A DNA stretch of 64,000 nt, from assembly GCA_963745025.1 (NCBI GenBank), contig CAVUWD010000005.1, positions 183,860 through 247,859 on the forward strand, given 5' to 3'. The notes under the pieces were generated by a model that was not told where the DNA came from, searched no databases, and saw nothing but the letters and a program-made list of their open reading frames with translations. The stretch is from an uncultured delta proteobacterium. Its GTDB lineage: Bacteria; Desulfobacterota; Binatia; JACPRU01. Positions 43,762-54,136 of the stretch are shown here, in pieces. The position numbers were made by a program, and so were the translations under genes. Position 1 is the stretch's first letter. Every line of letters starts with the position of its first letter.

Positions 43762-44011
43762 TTCAAGTTGTCCCGCTATCGGGAAAGCGTCATGGGGAAT
43801 ATCTATTGGGGAAATTCTCCAGGCCCGTGGAAAAACGCCCTCAAACAAGAATCATGGCTCGTTCTTTCGACTGCTTGCATCGTTCGAAAGTGCTGCACTT
43901 AGCAAATCGTCATCGGCGATTCCCTTGACGATGGGGCTCCGTTTGCTGGAACGTCTCGCTTTGATTCGGACGACCTCTGGACGATCCGCCGGCAGGAGGA
44001 GTTCTGACGGG

Positions 44012-44084
44012 GGCTACCGGCTACCGGTTTCCGGCTACCGGAAAAGAGATCGCGGTATCTTGCGGTAGCCGGCTGCCGGTAGCC
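44012..44084. repeat. Heptamer-based palindromic intergenic element (copy 6)
   Basis: GGCTACC-GGCTACC-GGTTTCC-GGCTACC-GGAAAAGA ... TCTTGC-GGTAGCC-GGCTGCC-GGTAGCC. Confidence 0.82.
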
Positions 44085-44087
44085 TCT

Positions 44088-44832
44088 TCAGCCCCGAAGC
44101 TCGGCGAGGAATGCCCTCGTGATCCGATGCCGCGGCGCCGCAAACACCTCCTTCGGCGGGCCGCTTTCGACCGCCAGGCCGTCTGCGAACACGTGAAGGG
44201 TCGTCGCCACATTGGCGGCGAACGACATCGCGTGGGTGACGACGATCATCGTCTGCCCCGCCTTGGCCAGATCCGTGATCACCGACAGCACCTCGGCCGT
44301 CATGACGGGATCGAGGGCGCTCGTCGGCTCGTCGAAGAGGATCACCTCGGGCTCCATGGCGAGCGCGCGGGCGATCGCCACGCGCTGCTGCTGGCCGCCG
44401 GAGAGGTGACGCGGAAGCGCGTCGAGCTTCTGGGACAGACCGACGCGGTCGAGGATCTCGCGCGCGCGGGCAACTGCCTGATCGCGCGCGAAACCGAGGA
44501 CGTGAACCGGCGCCTCGATCACGTTGCCGAGCGTGGTGAGGTGCGGAAAGAGGTTGAACTGCTGGAAAACGAAGCCGACGCGCCGCCGGACCTTCTGCAG
44601 CAGCGCCGCGTCTCGGCGCGGATGCGTAGCGGGTGTCAGGCGGCAGTCGCCGATCTCGATCTCGCCTGCCTGGAAGCTCTCGAGGCCGTTCACGCAGCGA
44701 AGGAAGCGTCGATTTTCCGCCGCCTGAGGGGCCGATGATCGCCGCCACCTCGCCCGCCTTTACCGCGAGCGAGATCCCTTTCAGGACCTCCACGCCGGCG
44801 AAGCGCTTCACCAGCTCGCGGGCCGAGATCAT
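44088..44832 (-). CDS. Polar amino-acid ABC transporter ATPase (apparent +1 frameshift near 44705)
   Basis: GPSGGGKST in one frame; [24 protein letters not shown] and [10 protein letters not shown] in the next. Confidence 0.88.
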
Positions 44833-46410
44833 ACCGGCGCCTCTACCGCGAGCCGTCTCTCCAGTCGACGGGAGAGAAAGGTGAGCGGGTAGCTCATCAG
44901 CAGGTAGAGGATCGCGGTGAGGATCATCAACTCGGCCGTTGCCTGCGTGCTCTGCGAGAGCACGGAGAAGCGCTTGGTGAGCTCGACGAGCGTGACCACC
45001 GAGCACACGCTCGTGTCCTTGAAGAGCGCGATGAAGTCGTTGACGACCGGCGGAATGACGATTCGCACCGCCTGCGGCACGATGATGCGGCGAAGCGCGA
45101 GCGGGCGCGACATGCCGAGTGACAGCGCGGCCTCCATCTGCCCGGGCGGGATCGCCTGCAGGCCCGCGCGATAGATTTCCGACTCGTACGCCGAGTAGTT
45201 GATCGCCAGGCCGAAGATCGCCGTCCAGAACGCCGGCACCGCGATGCCGATCTCGGGAAGGAAGAAGAAGATGAAGTAGAGCTGGAGCATGAGCGGCGTG
45301 CCGCGGAGGAACTCCACGTAGGATGCGAGGCAGCGGGCGGAGCCAGCCCGGCCCGTAGAGGCGCCCGAGCGCGACCAAGAGCCCGGCGACGATGGCGAGC
45401 GGAAACGAGAGCACCGACAAGATCACGGTCACGCCGGCCGATTCGAGCAAGATCGGCCCGTAGCGCCGGGCAACCTCCCAGCCGTGGAGCCGCGCCGACG
45501 GCGTGACGGCGCTCCGCTCGAGCGACGTTCCCGACGCGAGCTTGGTCCCGGCCGCGCCCGCGTAGCCGTAGAACCGGCCCGCGTCGGCGATCGTGGCGAG
45601 CTCTCTCTCGGCGTCGCTCCACAGTCCCCAACGTCGGTAGAGCCGTTCGAGCTCGCCGCCCCGGATCAGCACGATCAGCGACTGATCGAGCGCCGCGAGC
45701 AGCGCCGCGTCCCCTTTGCGAACGTAGATCACGTAGTAGCCGTGCCCGACCGGCGGACCGACAAGGCGCAGGGCGGGAAAGCGCGGGCCGTAGAAGACGG
45801 CGATCGGCGTGTCCTGGAGGGTCGCGTCGAGCCTGCCGGTCTCGACCTCGCGCAGCGTGTCGGTGTTGCCGTCGTAGTGAACGACGTCGACCCACGGCGC
45901 GAAGCTCTCCTGCGCGTAACTGTCAGCCGCCGAGCCGGTGAGGACGCCGACTTTCCGCTTGCGTGCCGAGCCGCCGCGCTTCTCGAGATCGTTTGCGCTC
46001 GTGAGCGTGGGGTCGTCCTTCCGCGCCAGCAATTGCAGCCCGTAGACGAAGTAGGGAAGCGTCGCATCCATGGTCTCGAGCCGGGTCGGCATCCACTCGT
46101 AGCCGTTCAGGATGATGTCGATCTTTCGCGTGCGCAGGAGGTCCGGCATCTTGTCCCACTGTCCCTGGAAGAAGCGCGGCTTGACCCCGAGCAATCCCGC
46201 GAGCCGTTCGGCGAGCTCCACCTCGAACCCGGTGACCTCGGCCGGATCGTCGTCGCGAGGATAGACGTAAGGCCCGCCTCCTTCTTGATCCGCTCCCCAC
46301 ACCAGCTCGCCGCTCGCGCGGACGTCGGCGAGCGTGTCGGCGTCCGCCAGTGAATGGCTCGAGAGCAGGACGACGATCGCGACGATGCACGCGCGCAGCG
46401 CTTCGCTCAT
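44829..46410 (-). CDS. Amino-acid ABC substrate-binding plus permease fusion (apparent +1 frameshift near 45330)
   Basis: Signal peptide; GADQEGGGPY and GFEVELA (SBP family 3); RGTPLMLQLY and GQMEAALSLG (EAA loop). Confidence 0.85.
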
Positions 46411-47618
46411 CACTCGACGCAGACGGGAAGCGCGCTCAAGCCGCGACCGAGGATGGTCGGCCGCCACAGGGGCCTCTCGACGACACGCAGGCCGGGCAGC
46501 CGCTCGGCAAGGGCGGCAAACGCGATCTGGCCTTCGAGGCGCGCGAGCGGAGCGCCGAGGCAGTGGTGGATGCCGAGCCCGAAGGCGATGTGATCGTTGT
46601 CGCCACGCGCCAGGTCGAGGCGGTCGGGTTCCGCGAAGCGCTCCGGATCGCGGTTGGCCGCCGCTTGACAGAGGAGCAAGCGCTGACCGGCTCGGATGCT
46701 CTTGCCGCCGAGCTCGACGCTTTCCTTCGCGATGCGCACCTGCATCTTGGTCGGCCCGTCGTAGCGCAGCAGCTCCTCGACCGCCGAAGCCGCGAGGCTG
46801 CGATCGTGCCGCAGCCTCCGCCGCTGGTCGGGATTGCGGTCGAGGTGGAAGGCGCCGGTGGCGAGCAAGTTCGCCGTCGTGTCGTGGCCGGCAAAGAGGA
46901 GCAGCACGCAGGTGGCGACCACCTCGTCGGACGAGAGCACGTCTCCCGTCTCCTCGGCACGGGCGAGATCGCTGAGCAGGTTGTCTGCGGGCTCGCGACG
47001 ATAGCGGTCGAGCAGAGCGCGGAAATAGCTCTCGAGCGCGAGCAGGCCGCGTGGCGCGCGATCACGCCGCCCGGCGCGATCCGGCGCTCCGAACACGATC
47101 GTGGCGACGTCGTCCGACCACTGCTTGAAGCGCCCGAGGTCGGATTCGGGGACCCCGAGCAGGTGGGCGATCACCGTGGCCGGCAGCGGGTACGCGAAGG
47201 CGCGCACGAAATCGATGCGGCACCGACGCGCGAGGTCGTCGATCAGGGTGTCGACGACCGACTCGATGACCGGGCGCATGCGCTCGACCGTGCGCCCCGT
47301 GAACGCGGCGCGAGCGAGCCGCCGCAGGCGGGAATGAGCCGGCGGGTCCGTGAAGACCATCCAGTTGCCGAGCATGCGGTAGATGGGGTCGAAGGTCTCG
47401 CGCTCCTCCGTGGTCGGCGTTGCTGGAAGCAGCGAGCCGACGCGCTCCGCGGAGAGTCGCGAGTCGAGAAACGCGCTCGCCACGTCGTCGTAACGCGTGA
47501 GGAGCCACGCCTGATGATGCTCGGTCCAGTGGACGGGGTCCTCGGCCCGCAGGCGGTGGAGATACGGGTGCGGATCCTCGACGAGATCCGGATCGAGAAA
47601 GCTCCGGTCGGCGATCAC
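46410..47618 (-). CDS. Cytochrome P450
   Basis: DPPAHSRLR, AGHDTT, EELLR and FGLGIHHCLG heme motif. Confidence 0.94.
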   Translation of the reverse strand: MIADRSFLDPDLVEDPHPYLHRLRAEDPVHWTEHHQAWLLTRYDDVASAFLDSRLSAERVGSLLPATPTTEERETFDPIYRMLGNWMVFTDPPAHSRLRRLARAAFTGRTVERMRPVIESVVDTLIDDLARRCRIDFVRAFAYPLPATVIAHLLGVPESDLGRFKQWSDDVATIVFGAPDRAGRRDRAPRGLLALESYFRALLDRYRREPADNLLSDLARAEETGDVLSSDEVVATCVLLLFAGHDTTANLLATGAFHLDRNPDQRRRLRHDRSLAASAVEELLRYDGPTKMQVRIAKESVELGGKSIRAGQRLLLCQAAANRDPERFAEPDRLDLARGDNDHIAFGLGIHHCLGAPLARLEGQIAFAALAERLPGLRVVERPLWRPTILGRGLSALPVCVE

Positions 47619-48538
47619 CGGGTTCCTTCCAGCGGACGGACGACCGCGTCGAAGCGGCGCGCGAGCTCGTCCGGCCAGCGCTCGGGCGCGACCAGCGGGA
47701 CCAGAATGAACTTGCTCGCGCCGGCGGCGATGAACGCTTCGATGCGATCGCAGAGCTCGGAGTTCGAGCCGAAGACGACGAGCTTTTCCGGCTCGACTCC
47801 CGGCCGCCGCGCCGCCAACGCCTGGAGGAACGGTCGAGCGGCGTTTGCATGCTCCGCCGCCAGGTACCCGACGAGCGCGCCGAAATGCTCGTCGTCGATC
47901 CGTCTGCCGGCTTTTTGGGCGAGTTCGCGGATGGCGTCGGCCTTCCCGCGGTACTCCTGCGGCGTCACGAACGAAGGGAGCCAGCCGGTGCCGAGCTCGG
48001 CGGTGCGACGCAGCGCGGCTCGGGAATGACCGCCAAACCAGATGTCCGGGTGCGGGCGCTGGAACGGACGTGGCTGTAGCCGAAGCTCGCGCGCCTCGAA
48101 GTAGCGGCCTGCGTGCGTGACTTCCTCCTCGGTCCACAACCGGGTGATCAGCGCGACCGCTTCTTCGGTGCGGCCGGCAGCCTCCGCCCGGTCGACCGCG
48201 AAGACGCGCTGCTCGTGCGCGTCCTCGACGCCGAGGCCGAACGCAGCGACGAGGCGCCCGTTCGACAAGAGGTCGATCGTCGCCAGCTCTTTCGCGAGCA
48301 GCACCGGGTTCCGTCCCGGGAGCACCATCACGCTCGTGCCGAACTTGAGGCGGCGCGTGCGCCCCGCGACCGCCGCGAGCGACGCGATCGGACCGAGCGT
48401 GCCGCCGCTGGCCCGCTCCGAGAACCAGATCGAGTCCCAGCCGAGGGCCTCGCACGCATCGATGATCGACCAGAAGCTCGCGCCGTCGAGCCCGCCGCCC
48501 GCCGTCGTGCCGAGACCGAAGCCGATCTTGATCTTCAT
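47615..48538 (-). CDS. LLM-class flavin-dependent oxidoreductase
   Basis: DSIWFSE, LAKELATIDLLSNGRL and PDIWFGG motifs. Confidence 0.9.
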   Translation of the reverse strand: MKIKIGFGLGTTAGGGLDGASFWSIIDACEALGWDSIWFSERASGGTLGPIASLAAVAGRTRRLKFGTSVMVLPGRNPVLLAKELATIDLLSNGRLVAAFGLGVEDAHEQRVFAVDRAEAAGRTEEAVALITRLWTEEEVTHAGRYFEARELRLQPRPFQRPHPDIWFGGHSRAALRRTAELGTGWLPSFVTPQEYRGKADAIRELAQKAGRRIDDEHFGALVGYLAAEHANAARPFLQALAARRPGVEPEKLVVFGSNSELCDRIEAFIAAGASKFILVPLVAPERWPDELARRFDAVVRPLEGTR

Positions 48539-48775
48539 CGTGTCGTCCTCAGCTGTCCCGAGTCGACGCGGCCGAACATCGCCTCGGCGTCGATTCGTCA
48601 ACCGCGTGCATCTTGCCTCAGGATGGCTTCGGCCGCCACGTCTTCGAGGATTTTCGGCGGCTTCGGCGAATGAGGGTTGCGCTCCAGCGGAATCAAGGGC
48701 ACTGCTGACGACAAGCCCACCGCGAGCGGAATGGCCTTGCTTCCCCCAACGGCTTCTCATAGGCAGCGGGCCGGG

Positions 48776-50069
48776 ATGCAATCGGAGCGAGCGGAGCTTC
48801 CTCGCCGGAGCTACGTCGGCACCGTGTCGCTCCTCGTCGCCGTCGGCGGGGCCGCGGCGTCGCGCGCTGCGCTGCTCACCGGCCCCTTTGCCGATGCGAT
48901 CTGGCTCCGCATCGTCGCCGCCGGCTTCGAGGCCGCAGTGGTCGGCGGCATTGCAGACTGGTTCGCGGTGACCGCGATCTTCCGCCACCCGCTCGGCTTG
49001 CCGTTTCCGCATACGGCGATCATCCCGAATCGGCGCGCCCGACTGATTCAGAGCATCGTGTCGACGGTCGAGAACCAGTGGCTCTCGCCGGAGGTGATCG
49101 CTCGTCGGCTCGAGCGAGTGGCGCCGAGCCAGTGGGTGATCGAATGGCTGCAGGATGCGCAGCACGTCGCCCGCATCGGCGATCCGCTGCGCGACCTGAT
49201 TCGACGTCTCGCTGGCGTGCTGACCGAGCCGGAGATCGTCGAATTCACCGAGCGCGCGATCGCTCGCCAGTTCCGCGAGCTGCCGATCGACGCCACGGCG
49301 GGTCGCTGGCTCGCCCGTGCCGCGGAGAGCCCGGCGGCGGGCGACGCGCTTCGCGCGCTGGCGCTGTCGCTCAAGAATCTCGCGGAGCGGCCGCGCACGG
49401 CCCAGGAGCTCCACTGGTGGATCCTCCGCTCGGCGCGCGCCCTCCGCGAGAGCGGCCAGCGCTTCGTGCCGTTTCTTCTCCGGCGCAAGATCGTCCAGCG
49501 GACGATCGTGGAGGCGGCGCTGCGCTACGCCTCCGCGGAGCTTCATGGCGCCGCCGAGGACCCCGATCACCCCCTGCGGCGCTTCGCGGTCGATGGGCTT
49601 CGCGGCTTTTCCGATCAGCTCTCGCGCGGCGACCCGGAGGCGATCGCACAGATCGAGCGCGTGCGGGCTGCGATCCTCGAGAGCCTCGAGACCGCGCCGC
49701 TCGTACGCCAAGCGTTGGTTCGACTGCGGCGGCAAGTCGAGGAAGAGCTCGACGCCCGCGACAGCCGTCTCTCCCGTTGGATCGACGGCAAGCTGCATTC
49801 GGCCATCCTCGCCTACCTGGAGCACGTCGAGCATCGAGGCGGCCTTCGACCGCTGGGTGCGCGGCACGGCGGTCGACCTCGTCCGCCGCAACCATCACCA
49901 GATCGGCGTGACGATTCGCGAGAACCTCGAGGGTCTGACCGACGATCAGCTGGTCGAGCAGATCGAGAGCCGCGTTGGCGCCGACCTCCAGTTCATCCGT
50001 CTGAACGGCGCCGTGGTCGGCGGATTGGTCGGCGTCGCGCTCGCGCTCGCCCACCTGTTGATGCCATAA
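48776..50069 (+). CDS. DUF445 family membrane protein (apparent +1 frameshift near 49835)
   Basis: EAAVVGGIADWFAVTAIFRHPLGLPFPHTAIIP; C-terminal DLQFIRLNGAVVGG in the shifted frame. Confidence 0.85.
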
Positions 50070-50078
50070 GCGGATCGG

Positions 50079-51470
50079 ATGCGGTGGCTGCTGACGGCGT
50101 GCGCGCTTCTCGCGGTCACGAGCGCGAGCTCCGCCGACGCGCCGGACTACGATCGCGCGGTCGAGGACTTCCGCGGGCTGCTCGCAGGACTCGTCGCCGC
50201 CGATACCAGCAATCCGCCCGGTAACGAGGCGCGCGCCGTGTCGATCCTCGCCGGGGCGCTCGAGGCGGCGAAGATTCACTACGAGGTGACCGAGTTTGCT
50301 CCCGGGCGGCAGAACCTGGTTGCGCGCCTGGCGGGCGACGGGAGCAAGAGGCCGCTCTTGCTACTCGCACACCTGGACGTCGTCGGGGCGCAGAGCCAGC
50401 CGTGGTCGAGCCCGCCCCACGAGCTTACCGAGCGTGACGGGTTCCTGGTCGGCCGCGGCGTGTCGGACGATCTCGGCATGGCGCTTATGGAGCTCGAGAC
50501 CGTGATTCTGCTCGAACGCTCGGGCGCTCGGCTTCACCGTGACGTGATTCTCGCGTTCACCGGAGACGAGGAGTCAAGCGGCGCGGGCGTACGCTGGCTG
50601 CTCGAGCACCGCCCGGAATCGATCGCGGCGGAAATCGCCTTCAACGAGGGGGGTGGGGTGCGGCTCGACGACGCGGGGCGAGTGAGCTTCGTCGGCCTGC
50701 AGGGGGCCGAGAAGACCTATCAGGACTTTCAGATCTCGGCGAAAGGGGCGACGGGGCACTCGTCGGTGCCGCTCGCCGACAACGCGATCTACCGATTGTC
50801 GCGCGCGCTCGATCGCTTGGGGCATCATACGTTCCCCGTGCGGCTGTTGCCGGTCACGCGCGAGTACTTCAAGGGGCGTGCGGAGGTGGAAGGCCCTCCG
50901 CTCGCGGTCGCGCTGCGGGAGGCGGCCGCGGCGAAAGGCGCGATGCCACGCGTGGCGCTGTCGACGCTCGAAGCCAATCCGACGCTTGCCGCTACCCTGC
51001 GCACCACCTGTGTCGCCACCACGCTCGCCGGGGGCACGCGCGTGAACGCGCTGCCGGCGGAAGCCCACGCCACGGTGAACTGCCGGATTCTGCCCGACGA
51101 GACGATCGAGCAGGTACGTGCGGCGCTCGTGCGTGTCATCGACGATTCCGCCGTCTCGGTCGAGCCGCTCGAGAGATTCGGCAGCGGACCGCCCTCGCGG
51201 CTCGATGCGCCGGCGCTCGGCGCCGTGCGCCGGGTGGCGGCGGAGATCTGGCCCTCGACGCCGATCGTGCCACTGTTCGCGCTCGGTGCCACCGATTCGC
51301 GTTTCCTCCGCGCGCACGGGATCCCCGCGTACGGTCTGAATCCCATCGCGCTCACAGAGTCCGACGCGCGTCGCGCGCACGGCATCGACGAACGAATCCC
51401 CGTCGCGAGCCTTCGCCCGGCGATCGAGTTCTTCTACCGGGTGGTGCTCGCGCTCGCCGTGGAACCGTAA
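50079..51470 (+). CDS. Exported M20/M25/M40 family metallo-hydrolase
   Basis: Signal peptide; HLDVV, GRGVSDD, DEES, GHSS and AHGIDERI motifs. Confidence 0.9.
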   Translation: MRWLLTACALLAVTSASSADAPDYDRAVEDFRGLLAGLVAADTSNPPGNEARAVSILAGALEAAKIHYEVTEFAPGRQNLVARLAGDGSKRPLLLLAHLDVVGAQSQPWSSPPHELTERDGFLVGRGVSDDLGMALMELETVILLERSGARLHRDVILAFTGDEESSGAGVRWLLEHRPESIAAEIAFNEGGGVRLDDAGRVSFVGLQGAEKTYQDFQISAKGATGHSSVPLADNAIYRLSRALDRLGHHTFPVRLLPVTREYFKGRAEVEGPPLAVALREAAAAKGAMPRVALSTLEANPTLAATLRTTCVATTLAGGTRVNALPAEAHATVNCRILPDETIEQVRAALVRVIDDSAVSVEPLERFGSGPPSRLDAPALGAVRRVAAEIWPSTPIVPLFALGATDSRFLRAHGIPAYGLNPIALTESDARRAHGIDERIPVASLRPAIEFFYRVVLALAVEP

Positions 51471-51642
51471 TCTCCGCTTTCGACCGACGAGCGCCGCTAT
51501 CTTCCCGGTATCGTGCCGGCGCGCATGAGATGGGCGAGGGGTGAGTCGCCGCGCTCGAACCCTCCGCCTATTTCGCTTTCAGGCGGACGGGTTGCTACCG
51601 GGGGTCGATTCTGCATAGTTTCCACGGGAGAGGTTCGAGCCG

Positions 51643-52068
51643 ATGCCCTGTTGCGCGTTCGCCGTTTGCATCGTCGCCCAGCTCGTATTTGGCGTGCGGG
51701 CGGTCCGGCGCGCGGTCTTCGGCGGCGCCGCCGCGGAGAGCACGGCGAGAAACGCGGTCGTCGAGTGGCGGCTCGACTCGGCAGGCGCGGCGTCCCTCGA
51801 TCTCGCGCCCGAATCCCGTGGGTGGCTCTGGGGTCGCCCATCGCTGCGGGGCCTCGCACTGGCTGCCGCTTTGGAGGTCGTGATCGTTCTCGGCGCGATC
51901 TACGGGGTCGTCGAGCATCTCGGCCACGGCGGGGGGCACTCGGGGAATGTTCACCGAGTCGAGGGCGTCGGCAGCGATCTGGGTGCGCATCGCGCAAACA
52001 CCGACGGCGCGCCAAACCCTGGCGCGGCGATCGCCCCAAGGGACGTTCTTCACACAGTAGGCGACTGA
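51643..52068 (+). CDS. Hypothetical small membrane protein
   Basis: GGAGAGG RBS; two hydrophobic segments; His/Gly tail; no family recognised. Confidence 0.4.
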   Translation: MPCCAFAVCIVAQLVFGVRAVRRAVFGGAAAESTARNAVVEWRLDSAGAASLDLAPESRGWLWGRPSLRGLALAAALEVVIVLGAIYGVVEHLGHGGGHSGNVHRVEGVGSDLGAHRANTDGAPNPGAAIAPRDVLHTVGD

Positions 52069-52102
52069 GCGGGAAAGAGATCTTTCCTAGGGAGGTGATC
52101 CC

Positions 52103-54127
52103 ATGAGCCACCCGAGCCCCATCAGAGAAATCCCTGATTCACTTACGCCGCCGTTCGCATGGAAGCAGGAAGTGCCGGAAACCTCGAGGGCAGCGCACGC
52201 GGAACCAGCTGTCCCCTCCGGCGAGATGGATCTCCGTAGTGGCTCGAAAGGCCCGGTGACCGCCTCGCGCCATCGCAGGAATGCGGTCGTCTACGGAATC
52301 CTCTGCGTGCTCGCGATCCTGCCTACACTCCTGCAGATGCCGGCGGGTTGGCAGGCCTTCGGGCTCGGTCTGTTCATGCCGGGATCGGGTTTTCTGGCGG
52401 TTGGCGGATGGGCAGTGCTGCTCTTTCCGCTGACGGTGGGGGTGTTCTGGCTCTCCGTCGTTGCCTGGTTCTGGGCCGGAATAGTGGTGGCGCCGGTCAC
52501 GGTGTGGCTCGGCTCGGCGGTGCTCGCGGCGGCGATGGTCGGTAGTGCGGCATGGGCGCCGGCGCCTTTTCTCGCGCCGCTATTCGCCGCGGCGACGTTG
52601 GGTGTCTTTCAGTATCGCGGGATGCGCAAGAGGGCGGCAGACCTGGCGCGGCTCGAGATGCGCAAAGGCTTCTTCTCCACCTCGCTCGCCGAGGTCGCTG
52701 AGCGCGTCGCCTCGAGTGCGGCCGAGCCCGAGCGCGAGCTCACGCCGGATCAGCTCGCCGCGCTCCGCTACGTCCTCGACCGAGCTCTGCAGCCGATCGG
52801 CCAATACCAGGGTTACGACATCATCGATCAATTTCAGCCAGCGGCGCTCCGCTACCAGATCAATCACCTGGGATTCGCGCTCGGCCTGGCGCGCTGTCAC
52901 TACGCCCCGAGCTTTCAAGGGTACCTCGATCAAGCGCAGCGAAACGTCGTCGAGACGTACCTGCAACGAAAGGTCTGGTCGTACTGGGTCTACGAGTCGA
53001 TGTGGGGGCATTTCAATTTCATCGACTTCGACCCCGCGCGCAAGAGCAACATCATGTTGACCGGCTGGTACGGCATGCACGTCGGCCAATACCTGCTTAC
53101 CTCGGGCGACCGTCGCTACGCGGAGCCCGGCGCGCTCTCGTTTCGGCTGAACGAGCGCACGGATTATCGGCACGATTACCACACCGTGATTCAGTCCGTC
53201 GTGGACAACTTCAAGCGCTCGGACTTCTGTCTTTTCCCCTGCGAACCCAACTGGGTCTACCCGGTCTGCAACATGTACGGGATGTCCGCGCTCGCGGTGC
53301 ATGACCGGCTCTACGGGACGACGTACGTCAAAGAGCTCCTCCCGAAATGGCTCGACATGCTCGACAAGGAGTTCACGGACGGGAAGGGATCGTTGTACGG
53401 GCTTCGCTCCTATTGGACGGGGCTGGCGATGCCCTTTTACTCCGGCGAGGCGGGCTTTGCGTTCTTCGCCAACGTGTTTTCGCCCGAGCTCGGCCGGCGC
53501 TTGTGGGCGATCGGCCGCAAAGAGCTCGGCTTCTTCATCGCGAAGGATGCGGAAGGAAAGCCGCGGCTGAGTCTCCCCCGCGAGGCGCTGTCGTTCCTCG
53601 ACAAGATCGATCCGGGCAACTACCGCCCCGGCTCGCTGTTCGCTTACGTCGCCATTCTTGTGAGCGCTCGCGAGTTCGGCGACGACGAGCTCGCCGAAGC
53701 GGCGCTGCGCTCGATGGATCAGGATTGCGGCTTCAGCCGAAACGGCGTCGCTTGCTACGCGAAGGGATCGAACCTGGCGAACGTGTGGGGCGTCGAAGGC
53801 CGCCTCATGCGGACCGGAGATTTTCGCAAGTCCTTCGTCGTCGGTCCGCCCGAGTCGGTCTTCACCGGCCCGATCTTGACCGGCGCGCGGTATCCCGACG
53901 TGCTCGTCGCGAAGGCGTTCAGCCGGGGAGACGACCTCGAGCTCGTTCTCTATCCCGGAGCGGGGAACGGTCCGCAGAAGATCGGGATCGAGCGACTGAA
54001 GCCCGGCGCGACGTACGAGCTTCGCGGCGCTCGAGAGACGACGTTCGGTGCAGACGATCGCGGCTCGGCATCGCTCGAGGTCGACCTCCGAGGCCGCACG
54101 CCCCTTCACGTAGTGCCGCGAAGCTGA
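52103..54127 (+). CDS. Membrane-anchored linalool dehydratase/isomerase-like protein (Lis-like)
   Basis: About four N-terminal TM helices; RYQIN, NIMLTGW and [11 protein letters not shown] (CEP-x6-CN cysteine pair); GGGAGG RBS. Confidence 0.75.
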   Translation: MSHPSPIREIPDSLTPPFAWKQEVPETSRAAHAEPAVPSGEMDLRSGSKGPVTASRHRRNAVVYGILCVLAILPTLLQMPAGWQAFGLGLFMPGSGFLAVGGWAVLLFPLTVGVFWLSVVAWFWAGIVVAPVTVWLGSAVLAAAMVGSAAWAPAPFLAPLFAAATLGVFQYRGMRKRAADLARLEMRKGFFSTSLAEVAERVASSAAEPERELTPDQLAALRYVLDRALQPIGQYQGYDIIDQFQPAALRYQINHLGFALGLARCHYAPSFQGYLDQAQRNVVETYLQRKVWSYWVYESMWGHFNFIDFDPARKSNIMLTGWYGMHVGQYLLTSGDRRYAEPGALSFRLNERTDYRHDYHTVIQSVVDNFKRSDFCLFPCEPNWVYPVCNMYGMSALAVHDRLYGTTYVKELLPKWLDMLDKEFTDGKGSLYGLRSYWTGLAMPFYSGEAGFAFFANVFSPELGRRLWAIGRKELGFFIAKDAEGKPRLSLPREALSFLDKIDPGNYRPGSLFAYVAILVSAREFGDDELAEAALRSMDQDCGFSRNGVACYAKGSNLANVWGVEGRLMRTGDFRKSFVVGPPESVFTGPILTGARYPDVLVAKAFSRGDDLELVLYPGAGNGPQKIGIERLKPGATYELRGARETTFGADDRGSASLEVDLRGRTPLHVVPRS

Positions 54128-54136
54128 GAGATCGAA

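Noticed and set aside
44035-49891. Giant fusion proteins in the ORF track (810, 681 and 758 aa)
   Set aside because: They arise from upstream read-through and frameshifts; real starts with coupled overlaps lie inside them.
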